From Smithellaceae bacterium (GTDB lineage: Bacteria > Desulfobacterota > Syntrophia > Syntrophales > Smithellaceae), in the NCBI GenBank assembly GCA_963667845.2, contig CAXXVL010000002.1, positions 1,856,001 to 1,920,000 of the forward strand: 64,000 nt of DNA. Direction: 5' to 3'. The stretch's first letter is position 1. Each line of letters starts with the position of its first letter. The translations under genes and the position numbers were made by a program. Below the pieces are notes generated by a model. It was given only the letters and a program-made list of their open reading frames with translations. It made no database searches and was not told where the DNA came from. Positions 18,615 through 28,400 of this stretch are shown here, one piece after another.

Positions 18615-19562
18615 ATGACTGCCAAAGAATCTGAAAAGTGGTTGAAAATTGAAATAACGGCGCCGCTGGAACTGATCGATGCGTTAAGTAATTTTCTGGA
18701 AGAAACCGGTGCCCAGGGTGTTTTTTCCGAATCCCTGCTGCAACCCGGGGCCGCCGACTTACCGGAAGCCGAGGATGTCGAGGTCATTCAGGCCTTTTTC
18801 CCCGCGGATATCCGCAGCGAAAAACGGATTTATGCAGTGCGTAAATATTTAAAAAGCCTGGAAGAAATTTTCCCTGAAATTGCAGCGCCGACGCTTGCGA
18901 CGGAAATCATTTCGGATCCGGACTGGGGCGAACAGTGGAAGAAGTATTTCAAGCCGATCCGCGTCTGCAAAAATATTGTTGTCAAACCGACCTGGGAAAG
19001 GTACTCGCCCGCGAGCCGGGACATCGTGGTTGAAATTGATCCGGGCATGGCTTTTGGAACCGGCCAGCACGCTTCCACGCGCATGTGCATGGAAGCCATT
19101 GAGGATATCATCTTAAAGGATCGTTCCGTCAAGGAATGGAAAGTTCTCGATGTCGGCTGCGGCACGGGAATTTTGGGCATTACCGCCGCCAAAATGGGTG
19201 CCGGGGATGTCATTTGCGTGGACAACGATCCCAAGGCAACGGAAATTGCGGCCCAAAACGCCGTCATCAATGCCGTGGACGACAGACTGCGCATCTTGAA
19301 TGAAGACGCGGCGCAAATCAGCCAGCCCCGCAATCTGATTATCGCCAATCTGACGGCTAAATTGCTGCTGAAGTTGCATGATCAACTCGTCCGGCTTTTG
19401 CTGCCGGGAGGCTATCTGATTATTTCCGGAATCATCGAGCCCGATGTTCCGGCAATCGAGGAGCATTTCATCGGTGCGCTGCTCGAGAAGCAAAACATGC
19501 TGACCGAAAAAGAGTGGGTTTGTTATGTGCTGAAGAGGAATCGGGCAGATTTAAAATCCTGA
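18615..19562 (+). CDS. prmA: ribosomal protein L11 methyltransferase
   Basis: DWGEQWKKYFKP, IDPGMAFGTGQHASTRMC, VLDVGCGTGIL. Confidence 0.95.
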   Translation: MTAKESEKWLKIEITAPLELIDALSNFLEETGAQGVFSESLLQPGAADLPEAEDVEVIQAFFPADIRSEKRIYAVRKYLKSLEEIFPEIAAPTLATEIISDPDWGEQWKKYFKPIRVCKNIVVKPTWERYSPASRDIVVEIDPGMAFGTGQHASTRMCMEAIEDIILKDRSVKEWKVLDVGCGTGILGITAAKMGAGDVICVDNDPKATEIAAQNAVINAVDDRLRILNEDAAQISQPRNLIIANLTAKLLLKLHDQLVRLLLPGGYLIISGIIEPDVPAIEEHFIGALLEKQNMLTEKEWVCYVLKRNRADLKS

Positions 19563-19599
19563 TGGTTTTTGCGGATCAAAATAATTTCAAAGAAAGTGG

Positions 19600-20379
19600 T
19601 TGGCTTTGAGTCTGCCCAGAATCTACTGTCCCGAATCGCTGCAAAACGCGGCGACCTGCGTGCTGGGAACGGATAATCTCCGTTACCTGAAAACCGTTTT
19701 GCGTCTCAGGGCCGGCGACAAAATTATTGTCTTTGACGGTTTCGGGCACGAGTTTGAAGCGGGCATCGAAGGCTTCAGCGCATCCGGTGTGCTGCTTTCG
19801 CTGGGAGCGTCCATTGCGCAGGCGGCTGAAAAAATAAACCTGACGCTCGCCCAGGCGATCCCGAAGGCCGGCAAAATGGATTTGATTGTCAAGACCGCCG
19901 CTGAACTGGGTACGGACGTTATTATTCCCTTTACGGCCGCCCGGTCGGTAGGCAGGATTGATAGAGAAAAAGCCGAGACCAAAGTCGGCCGCTGGCAGAA
20001 GATTGTCCTAGAGGCCGCCCGCTGTTCGCGCAGCCCCCGACTGGCTGCAATTGAGCCGGTCTCGTCTTTTGACGATATGCTCACCCTGGCTCCGCCGGAT
20101 GCCTGTAAAATGATTTTTTGGGAAGAGGAAGACCGGCTGACTATCCGGGATGCTCTCCATGATCAACGCTTTTCCCGGGCCCGTCATTATTTCGTAATCG
20201 TCGGACCGGAAGGCGGTTTGTCGCGTGATGAGGTCGACCGGGCAAAAACCGCCGGATTTGTTTCCGTAAGTCTCGGCAGGCGGATTTTGAAAGTGGAAAC
20301 AGCGGCCGCAGCAATTATATCGATCATCCAATACGAAAAGGGGATATTCAGCGAAAGTGCCAAAGGGGGAGAAACATGA
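19600..20379 (+). CDS. rsmE: 16S rRNA m3U1498 methyltransferase
   Basis: VLRL, VGPEGGLS and LGRRILKVETA motifs; follows prmA. Confidence 0.93.
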   Translation: MALSLPRIYCPESLQNAATCVLGTDNLRYLKTVLRLRAGDKIIVFDGFGHEFEAGIEGFSASGVLLSLGASIAQAAEKINLTLAQAIPKAGKMDLIVKTAAELGTDVIIPFTAARSVGRIDREKAETKVGRWQKIVLEAARCSRSPRLAAIEPVSSFDDMLTLAPPDACKMIFWEEEDRLTIRDALHDQRFSRARHYFVIVGPEGGLSRDEVDRAKTAGFVSVSLGRRILKVETAAAAIISIIQYEKGIFSESAKGGET

Positions 20380-21014
20380 CGACTTACAAGTTTGCCGGGT
20401 TCTGGCGACGCTTTGTCGCCTATTCGATTGATGGATTCATTATCAGTATCGTCTTCATTATTCTGGCCGTGATTTCGGGCATAGCCTTTTTTGCCGGCGC
20501 GATGTCCGGTAAGAATTCGGTCTGGATCAGCAAAATGACCGATCTTGAATGCCTGGGTTCAATCGGAATGGCCATCGTGGGGTTCTATACACTGCTCTTT
20601 ATCGCTTACTTTACTTATTTCCTCGGTCTCAACGGGAGGACGCCCGGCAAAAGGCTGCTGGGACTGCAGGTCGTGTCGGTCGAAGGCCAGCCGATTTCTT
20701 TTGGTACCGCCTTCCTGAGATCAGTGGGGTATCTGGTTTCGAGTTTATTATTCACGATACCATTGGGCTACATCTGGGCGGCTTTTGATAAAAAAAAGCA
20801 GGCCTGGCATGACAAGATTGCCGGCACGGTGGTCATCATCCGTGAACCCGAGGAAAATACCGCCGGAATTTCCATCCCGGATGATGCGGGTACAACACCC
20901 GGCTCCCCGGGAGTTCTGAGTGCAACTTCGGATGTTTCTCCGATGGAACCCCAAAAGCCGCAAACGCCCTCTCCTCAAGAAGCTTCGGGAGCAGACAACC
21001 AAAAAATACCTTGA
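20376..21014 (+). CDS. RDD family membrane protein
   Basis: AGFWRRFVAYSID, GRTPGK, QAWHDKIAGT. Confidence 0.9.
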   Translation: MTTYKFAGFWRRFVAYSIDGFIISIVFIILAVISGIAFFAGAMSGKNSVWISKMTDLECLGSIGMAIVGFYTLLFIAYFTYFLGLNGRTPGKRLLGLQVVSVEGQPISFGTAFLRSVGYLVSSLLFTIPLGYIWAAFDKKKQAWHDKIAGTVVIIREPEENTAGISIPDDAGTTPGSPGVLSATSDVSPMEPQKPQTPSPQEASGADNQKIP

Positions 21015-21073
21015 CAAAAGAAACCAGATTTTATAGACGTTTCGAGCCTTTTCGCAGGTAAGATCAATAAGGC

Positions 21074-21149
21074 GGGTCGGTAGCTCAGTCGGTAGAGCAT
21101 CGGACTGAAAATCCGAGTGTCGGCAGTTCAATTCTGCCCTGACCCACCA
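21074..21149 (+). tRNA. tRNA-Phe (GAA)
   Basis: GGGTCGGTAGCTCAG...TCGGA-CTGAAAA-TCCGA...GTTCAATT...CTGACCCACCA; 76 nt. Confidence 0.97.
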
Positions 21150-21157
21150 TTAAATAG

Positions 21158-21200
21158 AGGGGTTACAAGTCGTAAAACGGTTTGTGACCCCTTTCTTTTT
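21158..21200 (+). terminator. intrinsic terminator after tRNA-Phe
   Basis: AGGGGTTACAAG...TTTGTGACCCCT followed by a T-rich run. Confidence 0.55.
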
Positions 21201-21503
21201 GAGACTGTGATGAAATTGTGATAATTTTCTCATCGACCTTATCCATGACGTCGATGCTGGAACGCAAGCTGTCTGTGTCGTAGTGTACGTACCTGGTGAC
21301 CATGGACAACGTTTTCCACCTCCCAACTTTTGATCTGCGTAAATATCCACCCCGCACCGAACAAGTCGAGTAGCAAAAATATGCCTTAAATCATGGAACC
21401 GAAGGTTTTCAATTTTGGCCACTTCCTTTGCACTTTGAAATGCTCTGAAAAGATTTCGATTGCTAATCCTTGTTTGATTTTGAGAGGGGAACACATACCA
21501 CAT
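21163..21503 (-). pseudogene. tyrosine integrase C-terminal remnant, frameshifted
   Basis: LRFHDLRHIFATRLVRCGVDIY in one frame and WKTLSMVTRYVH in another; N-terminus missing. Confidence 0.85.
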
Positions 21504-21636
21504 TCAGGAACAGCAAAACATGTGACTCAATATTGAAGTTGGAATAGGTTCGGAATGAAGAAAGACGGTTAAGCTAGCAGAATAGAAGGACAGTCTGCAA
21601 GAACTGGCATAGGAAATTGCTGGTTTGCGCAGGTGA

Positions 21637-22203
21637 TTATTTTTTGAGAGCGAATAGTTCTTCTAAAAGATTGGCAAGGTTCGGACAATCCCAGCAGCTG
21701 ATCCTGCCATCGCGATTGATCAAAACGACCATCGGTACGCCAACAATACCAAACTTGCGAGAGACTTCTCCGTCCTTATCCAGAAGAGTTGGATAGAGAA
21801 TGTCGTGTCCCTTGGCAAATCGCTCGGCCTTTTCTCCTGGTTCCATGACATCGATATTAAAAATAACCAAGCCCTTCGACTTATATAGGGAATAGTTTTC
21901 CTTCATATGGGGAATCATTTTCCAGGTGCCGCGAATCCAGGTAGTCATGAATAACAAAATAACAGGCTTCCCTTTATAGTCACTAAGCTTGACCGTATGA
22001 CCACTCAGATCCTCCAGGGTAAAATCAGGTGCATGATCGCCCTCTCTTATGTTGGCGATCTGCTCTCCCGGCGAAGGGCTCGGAAAAGAAAAAATAAGGA
22101 ACATGCAACAGATTAGGGCAAAACAAAAAAAACGCTGAAACGTTGCATTCATATACGCCCCCTCGTTAAAGAAAAGATAATCTATACGCATGAAAGAAAT
22201 CAA
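21637..22203 (-). CDS. TlpA/redoxin-fold protein lacking the canonical CxxC
   Basis: APDFTLEDLSG, LSDYKGK and GIVGVP motifs; active-site position reads TTWIRGT. Confidence 0.8.
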   Translation of the reverse strand: MISFMRIDYLFFNEGAYMNATFQRFFCFALICCMFLIFSFPSPSPGEQIANIREGDHAPDFTLEDLSGHTVKLSDYKGKPVILLFMTTWIRGTWKMIPHMKENYSLYKSKGLVIFNIDVMEPGEKAERFAKGHDILYPTLLDKDGEVSRKFGIVGVPMVVLINRDGRISCWDCPNLANLLEELFALKK

Positions 22204-22309
22204 TTAGATTATATAAAGGTTTGACGATATGTCAATCAGGAATAATAAAATAATAAAATTGTAAAATTATAATTTTATAATATCTTAAAACCATAAGTGC
22301 ATTTGTCAG

Positions 22310-22795
22310 TTAGGTCAGATCTCTTATATATGGTTTAAAGAATCTATGAATCAAAGAAAGCAGTATTACACTCATTATGACCGCAAGAAATACATCTAAA
22401 GATATACCTGTCATGGCAACCCCAAGAGCAGTACCGGCCGCAGGTGGATGTTCCATATCAATTACTACCATTGTGAATATTGCAGTTCCTACGGCAAGTG
22501 AATTTACAAGAATAGAATATACTAAAGCCGACTGGGGAAGTAAGGAAAATAGAAATCCGAAAAAAAGACCAACCAATTGACCTCCTATAACATTTCTGGG
22601 TTGCGCAGTTATACTATCGGGCATTGCAAATATGATGAAAGCAGTAGAACCGATTGATGCGATAATTACAGCATGCTGTATGCTCAAAAAATAAAGAACG
22701 ATAAAAACAGACAAGGTAGCAAGGAGACTTTGCATCACGTAATTCTTCCAATGCTGTCTGAATTCTCTATCTATTTTTTTGAATGATTTTTTCAT
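22310..22795 (-). CDS. HPP family membrane protein
   Basis: AQPRNVIGG and EHPPAAGTAL motifs; several TM segments. Confidence 0.9.
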   Translation of the reverse strand: MKKSFKKIDREFRQHWKNYVMQSLLATLSVFIVLYFLSIQHAVIIASIGSTAFIIFAMPDSITAQPRNVIGGQLVGLFFGFLFSLLPQSALVYSILVNSLAVGTAIFTMVVIDMEHPPAAGTALGVAMTGISLDVFLAVIMSVILLSLIHRFFKPYIRDLT

Positions 22796-23103
22796 AAACG
22801 AACCTCAATCAGAACATATTTTGCAAACCTTATCGTTTGGTTTGTAAACTAATATCCCTTGAATTAATTTACAACAACTATATGGATCTTAGTTGTTCAA
22901 AGGATATATTCCATGAAAAATTTGTCGATTTTCCGTATGAAATGTTGAATGTCCGGCGAGATCATAGGACGCTCACTTTCAGGAGGTTGTCCGCAGGTGC
23001 GAAAGACTGGAAAACAGGGATCAGTCGATGCATGTTTTAACCCGCTTTCAGTGATGTGGTTCAATCATCCAGCCGGTTGCTTTTTATTTGAAGCCTCTGA
23101 TAA

Positions 23104-23147
23104 GAAAATCCGAGTGTCGGCAGTTCAATTCTGCCCTGACCCACCAT
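23104..23147 (+). repeat. att duplicate of the tRNA-Phe 3' half
   Basis: GAAAATCCGAGTGTCGGCAGTTCAATTCTGCCCTGACCCACCAT, identical to 21107-21150. Confidence 0.95.
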
Positions 23148-23153
23148 CTTATA

Positions 23154-23189
23154 AGGGTTTTCAAGACTTTCTTGAAACCCTCTTTTTTT
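23154..23189 (+). terminator. intrinsic terminator, probably the displaced native tRNA-Phe terminator
   Basis: AGGGTTTTCAAGA-CTT-TCTTGAAACCCT followed by T7. Confidence 0.6.
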
Positions 23190-23577
23190 GACTCTATAAG
23201 ATTTGCAAAAGACCTTCCGCCTCGTAAATTTGAGTAATATCAATAAGCTGTACAATCTTCCTCCCTGTCTCTTTCATGGTTCACGAACGACAGCTGAATA
23301 CTGCCCCTAAATCTTATCAAAGAGAAAATGAGTTTATCTGATTTGCGTAAAGGGCAGACCGCGGAAATGTTGATTAATAGAAGATTAGGGATGATGGAAG
23401 GAAATTTTTCAAATAAGATAACCGTATTGTTTGCAAATACTTACCCATCAAATTGAACGAGATTTGTAAAAAAGTGAATAGATCCGGAGCAGCTTCCTCA
23501 GACATAATTATCCCCAATGAGACCCTTCCCGCCGTATAGTAGTATTACGCTATCAATCCTCACTCATTAAACTAGTA

Positions 23578-23606
23578 TTGACCCAAAATACTTCCAACTC
23601 TAATAT
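23578..23606 (+). promoter_or_regulatory. candidate sigma70 promoter upstream of the FKBP and MCO genes
   Basis: TTGACC-17 nt-TAATAT. Confidence 0.35.
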
Positions 23607-24167
23607 AACGCTGAAATAATAATCGTTTCTATTTGAATTTACAAGCAAATCTCCTCAGCTAAAGATGCTGATGTAACTCAGGGGGCGGAGCTGGGTCAGG
23701 TGTATTGCATAAGTCCTCAATCTCATGACCTCTAAATCATGATGAGACAAAATGTGTGGTCGATCGAACTGAAGTTTTTGAGGTCGGCAAATAATATTCG
23801 GGCAGAAGCGGATCATTTTTTTGCAGAAACAAGGATGCTTCCTGCAGCGAAAATGGGCAGACGTAGAAAGATTAGCCGAGTAAAAAAACCTGATGTCCCA
23901 TTTTTTCTCATTTTCATCCTATTCACAGAAAGACGTCTGTTAATAAGAATCTCGCGCCGAATGTTGACGGTTTTAAACATCCTGGAAATTGCAATCCCCG
24001 AGGCCCTGAGCGCCGGTTCATAAGGATAACAAAAGCCCCTCACACGTAGGTTTCTACTGTCATAATGCATACATTTATTTAGCGTTGTCATACACCTACA
24101 TGCGGGTTAATCTAATAATCAAGGCTCGCATTAAATCCTGAAGCGCGAAAGGAGACACTAAAAAACA

Positions 24168-25280
24168 ATGAAGTCACCGCAAAAAAGCGAGGCCCGCAAC
24201 ATGAATAAAATGGAGATTTCGATGGTCGATGATACAGCCGCGGCAGTGAGGCGGTTAGGCAAATTGATCATCGTGGTTCTGGGGATATTCCTGCTCACCG
24301 CTCCGGCGGGCGCCGACGAGACGCAGTTTGCAAAGAACAAGAGGGAGCTGCAAAGCTACGCGACGGGAGTAGAGATCCCGAGAAACTTCGCGAGGCAAGG
24401 ATTCGACTACGACCTGGATATGGTGATGAGAGGCATGAAGGACGCGGCGGCAGGCGGCAAGCTGCTCTGGAGCGAAGAAGACCTCACGGCAACCCGGAGC
24501 ACGATCATAGCTGAATTCAAGGAGAGGAGAGATGGAATCACTGCAAACCTGTCCCGGCAGGAGCTCGAGCAGAAGGCGCGGCTGGCGGAGCAGGACATCA
24601 AGAGAAAGAAGCAAGAGCGGTTCCTAGCCGGGACTAAGACGGCGGAAAGCGAGGAAGTGCAGCAGTCCAGGAAGAAGAGGGAGATGCAAAGCTACGCGAT
24701 GGGAGTCGAGATGCTGAGAAACTTCAACCGGCAAAAATTCGACTACGATCTGGATATGGTGCTGCAAGGCATGAAGGACGAGGCCTTGGGCGGCAAGCTC
24801 CGGTGGAAAGAAGAATATCTGACAGCCGCCCAACGGATGTCCGTTGCGGAGCTCAAGTATAAAAGAGGGCAAGACCGTGCAAGGATGCAGCAGGATAATA
24901 AGAAGAAGGGGGAGGAATTCCTCGCCGCGAATAAGACGAATGAAGGCGTGGTGGCTCTGCCCAGCGGCCTGCAATACAGGATCCTCAAAGAGGGTGACGG
25001 CAGGAAGCCTACCGAATCCGACAGGGTGAAGTTCCAGTATCGGGGCACCCGCATCGACGGGGCCGAACTCGACAATTCCGGGCAAAGCGGGCAGCAGGCT
25101 GTTTCCAGGAAAGTTGCCGAAGTCATCCCCGGTTGGCGGGAGGCCCTTAAGCTCATGCCCGAAGGATCCAGGTGGCAGCTTTTCCTACCGTCCGAACTCG
25201 CTTACGGACAGCGGGGTGCCGGCCGGATCGGCCCCTACGAGACGACCATCTATGAAATTGAACTCGTCGCTATTGAGTAA
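24168..25280 (+). CDS. FKBP-type peptidyl-prolyl isomerase with duplicated FKBP_N domain; start uncertain
   Basis: Signal-like segment; two SYAxGVE...DLDMV..GMKD units; LPSGLQY, VIPGWREAL and LAYG. Confidence 0.9.
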   Translation: MKSPQKSEARNMNKMEISMVDDTAAAVRRLGKLIIVVLGIFLLTAPAGADETQFAKNKRELQSYATGVEIPRNFARQGFDYDLDMVMRGMKDAAAGGKLLWSEEDLTATRSTIIAEFKERRDGITANLSRQELEQKARLAEQDIKRKKQERFLAGTKTAESEEVQQSRKKREMQSYAMGVEMLRNFNRQKFDYDLDMVLQGMKDEALGGKLRWKEEYLTAAQRMSVAELKYKRGQDRARMQQDNKKKGEEFLAANKTNEGVVALPSGLQYRILKEGDGRKPTESDRVKFQYRGTRIDGAELDNSGQSGQQAVSRKVAEVIPGWREALKLMPEGSRWQLFLPSELAYGQRGAGRIGPYETTIYEIELVAIE

Positions 25281-25416
25281 TATGAGGCCTATTCCCCTGC
25301 TTCCACAGGGGTTGGAGTTTGTTAATGGGAGGTAATTAAGATTAACTTGGTGTCGTGAGTGAAGTGGAGACAATAAATAACATTAAATCAACCAATCGAA
25401 GAAAGGAGTAAGCTAA

Positions 25417-28400
25417 ATGAAAACGCAGAAACTATTATCATGGCTCTGCTTGCTCACGGTTCTGGCCGCACTCTTCTACGCAAGCGGTCCATCCGGTGCC
25501 GCTGTAGTGGTACCGCCGGGAGCAGCAGGATTCAACCCGAATGTGAACTACAACATCCCCAATTTCGCGTACAGTCCGAACATCAGGAAGTTTGTGGACT
25601 CACTGCCCGGTCTCGGCGCGGCAGGATGTACGCTGGGCAATCCTCTGGGCACGGGGACGTGTCATGAGAACAACCTTGGCCAGTATATTCCTCTCGCCGT
25701 TCCGGATCGGACGACCTATCCGGATGCTGACTATTACGTCCTCGGCGCCGTTGAGTACACCCAGAAGATGAACTCCGACCTGCCTGCCACCCGGCTGCGG
25801 GGCTACCGGCAGGAAAATGCCACGGATCCCCGGATCCAGAATATCAGCCAGTATCTGGGACCCGCGATCATCGCCAGAGCATATGACCCGACCAAACCGC
25901 AAGGGATTAATGGAAACGGTCGGGCAACGCGCGTTCTGTTTAAGAACGAGCTCCCGATCGGCGCCGCCGGCAACTTCTTCCTGCCCGTGGACACCACCCT
26001 CATGGGCGCAGGGATGGGACCTGTTAACGGGCAAAACTACACGCAGAACCGCGTCACCATTCCTCACCTCCACGGCGGCGCAACCCCGTGGATCAGTGAC
26101 GGAACACCCTTCCAATGGCTCACCCCGGCCAATGAAACGCGCACGCTGGGCAATGCCCTCTACCAGAAAGGCGCGAGTTTCCAGAACGTGCCCGACATGA
26201 TCGGTGCGGGCAAATCCATTGTGTCTCCCACCCCCGGCGATGGACTGGCGACGCTTTATTGGTCCAACCAGCAGAGTGCCCGGCTGATGTTCTACCACGA
26301 CCATGCTCAGGGGATAACCCGTTTGAACGTCTATGCGGGCATGGCCGCACCTTATCTAATCGTGGACCAGGCCGAGGATGACATGATCGATGGCACCAAT
26401 GTCTCCGGCGCTTTCACGACGCCCAAAGCAGTTCTCCCCAATCTGGGAGGCGTGTATAAGTATGGTATCCCCCTGGTCATCCAGGACCGGGCTTTTGTCA
26501 ACGACGCCACCACACCTCCGGGTGCCGGCTTCACCGGGATTCCGACTCCCTTGACGGCGACAGTGGATCCGCTCTGGTACAATGCCGCGCACACTTGGGT
26601 AGGCGGGACGGGAGTTGTCCCGGCCGGCGGCTCGCTGTGGTACCCCCACGAGGTGATGCCCAACGAGGATATTTATGATCCGAGCGGCGCGAACCCCCTG
26701 GGCCGATGGGACTATGGACCCTGGCTAGCTCCGGCAACCATCCCCGTATTTCCTAACCTGCCCAGCCCCAGCATTACGCCGGAATTCTTCGCCGATACGA
26801 TGGTGGTCAACGGCACAGCCTTTCCTTATGTGACACTGCCGCCGACGGCCGTACGCTTCCGGATACTCAATGCGTGCAACGACCGGTCACTCAACCTTTC
26901 GCTCTTTGTCGCCGACCCGGCCAACCCGACGGAAGTCAAGATGGTGCCGGCCAACGCGAATCCGGCCTACCCGACCTGGCCTGCCGACGGCCGCATGGGC
27001 GGGACAGCCGATCCGACGACCCAGGGTCCTCCCTGGATCCAGATCGGCAATGAGGGCGGACTTTTGCCGCAAGTCGCGGTGATTGCCCCGCAGACGATCA
27101 CGTTCGAGCAGAGCCGCCTGGTCCCGACAGTCTTGGACATCCTTTACAAGTCACTGCTTATAATGCCTGCCATGCGCGCCGATGTCATCGTGGACCTCTC
27201 CGCTTACGCGGGGCAGACTCTCATGCTTTACAACGACGCGCCGGCGCCCATGCCCCTCTATGACGACCGCTACGACCTCTCCACGGGGAAGGGCGATTTG
27301 ACTGCTCAGGGCGGCGCGCCTTCCAGCTCGCCCGGCTTCGGACCCAACACCCGCACGGTCATGCAGATTCGTGTAGCAGCATCCGGCGCAACTCCCTTTG
27401 ATCTGGCCTCGCTGCAAGCGGCTCTGCCGAAAGCCTACAAGGCCACGCAAGCCCCGCCGATCGTACCGCAGGCGGCTTATAACGCGGCCTTTGGCACAAC
27501 CAGCACGGATCTCTATATAAGGAACACGGACAATAGCGTAAACCTCACCGGCACGCCTCAGGCGGTTGCCAAGGTCCGGGCGGTCATCGGGGGTTCCGGT
27601 TATACCACACCGCCGGTCGTTAATTTTGTCACTGCCGACGGGAACGGATCGGGAGCCGTGGCAACGGCTTACCTGAATGGTGTTACGGGCGGAATCACGG
27701 TAACAGCCGGTGGTACCGGTTATACCCTTCCTCCAGTAATTACCATCACACCGGCAGCCGGTGATGTGACCGGAACCGGCGCGACGGCTTTTGCTTCCAT
27801 TTCGGGCGGCCTGGTTACCGCTATCACGGTTGACCAGCCGGGCCACAATTACACCCTCAATCCGACGGTCACAATCACCCGCGCAGCCGGTGACACGACC
27901 GGTGCCGGGGCCACGGCCGCGGCGTTAATCTCCACCGGCGTCGTGTCCGATATCCTGGTCACGAACGGCGGCTCCGGCTATACCCGGGCTCCCTTTGTCT
28001 ATCTCGTCGGAGGAGGCGGTACGGGAGCTAATGCCGATTCCATGCTGGTCGGCGATGTCCCGATAGATATGAAGAACCTCACTGAAGGGTTCGACCCCTG
28101 GTACGGCCGAATGAACCTCCAGCTCGGCACCACCCCGGTTCCGCTGAACCCGACTGCACCGGCGCCCCAGGTGCCCGGCCTGGCCTTGTACATCGACCCG
28201 CCGTCGGATTACTGGTATGACGGCAAAGTCCAGGTCTTCCGTCTGGCACACCTGGGCGTTGACAGCCATCCGATGCACTTTCACCTGGCCAACCTCCAGA
28301 TCGTCAACCGGGTGGACGCGACCAATACTATCTTGCCGCCCGATGCCAACGAAGTGGGCTGGCGGGAAACCATCAAGACGAACCCGTTTACGGACATCAT

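Larger units (their letters stand above)
21107..23147. mobile_element. decayed ~2 kb islet integrated at tRNA-Phe
   Basis: Identical 44 bp direct repeats at 21107-21150 and 23104-23147; integrase remnant inside; AT-rich. Confidence 0.85.

Noticed and set aside
21605..21620. Sigma54-like TGGCAT-AGGAAA-TTGC
   Set aside because: GG-to-GC spacing is 11 nt rather than the strict 10, and it faces only the 3' end of an antisense gene
21637..22203. Selenocysteine recoding in the TlpA-like gene
   Set aside because: Active-site codons read TGG ATT CGC GGC ACC; there is no in-frame TGA
23692..23700. TGGGTCAGG matching the reverse complement of the tRNA-Phe 3' end
   Set aside because: Only 9 nt and in inverted orientation; compatible with chance
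23250..24160. Cyclic-dinucleotide (GEMM) riboswitch upstream of the MCO cluster
   Set aside because: Could not find the GGCAAA...GAAA...GACGCAAAG core by eye; an Infernal scan would be decisive
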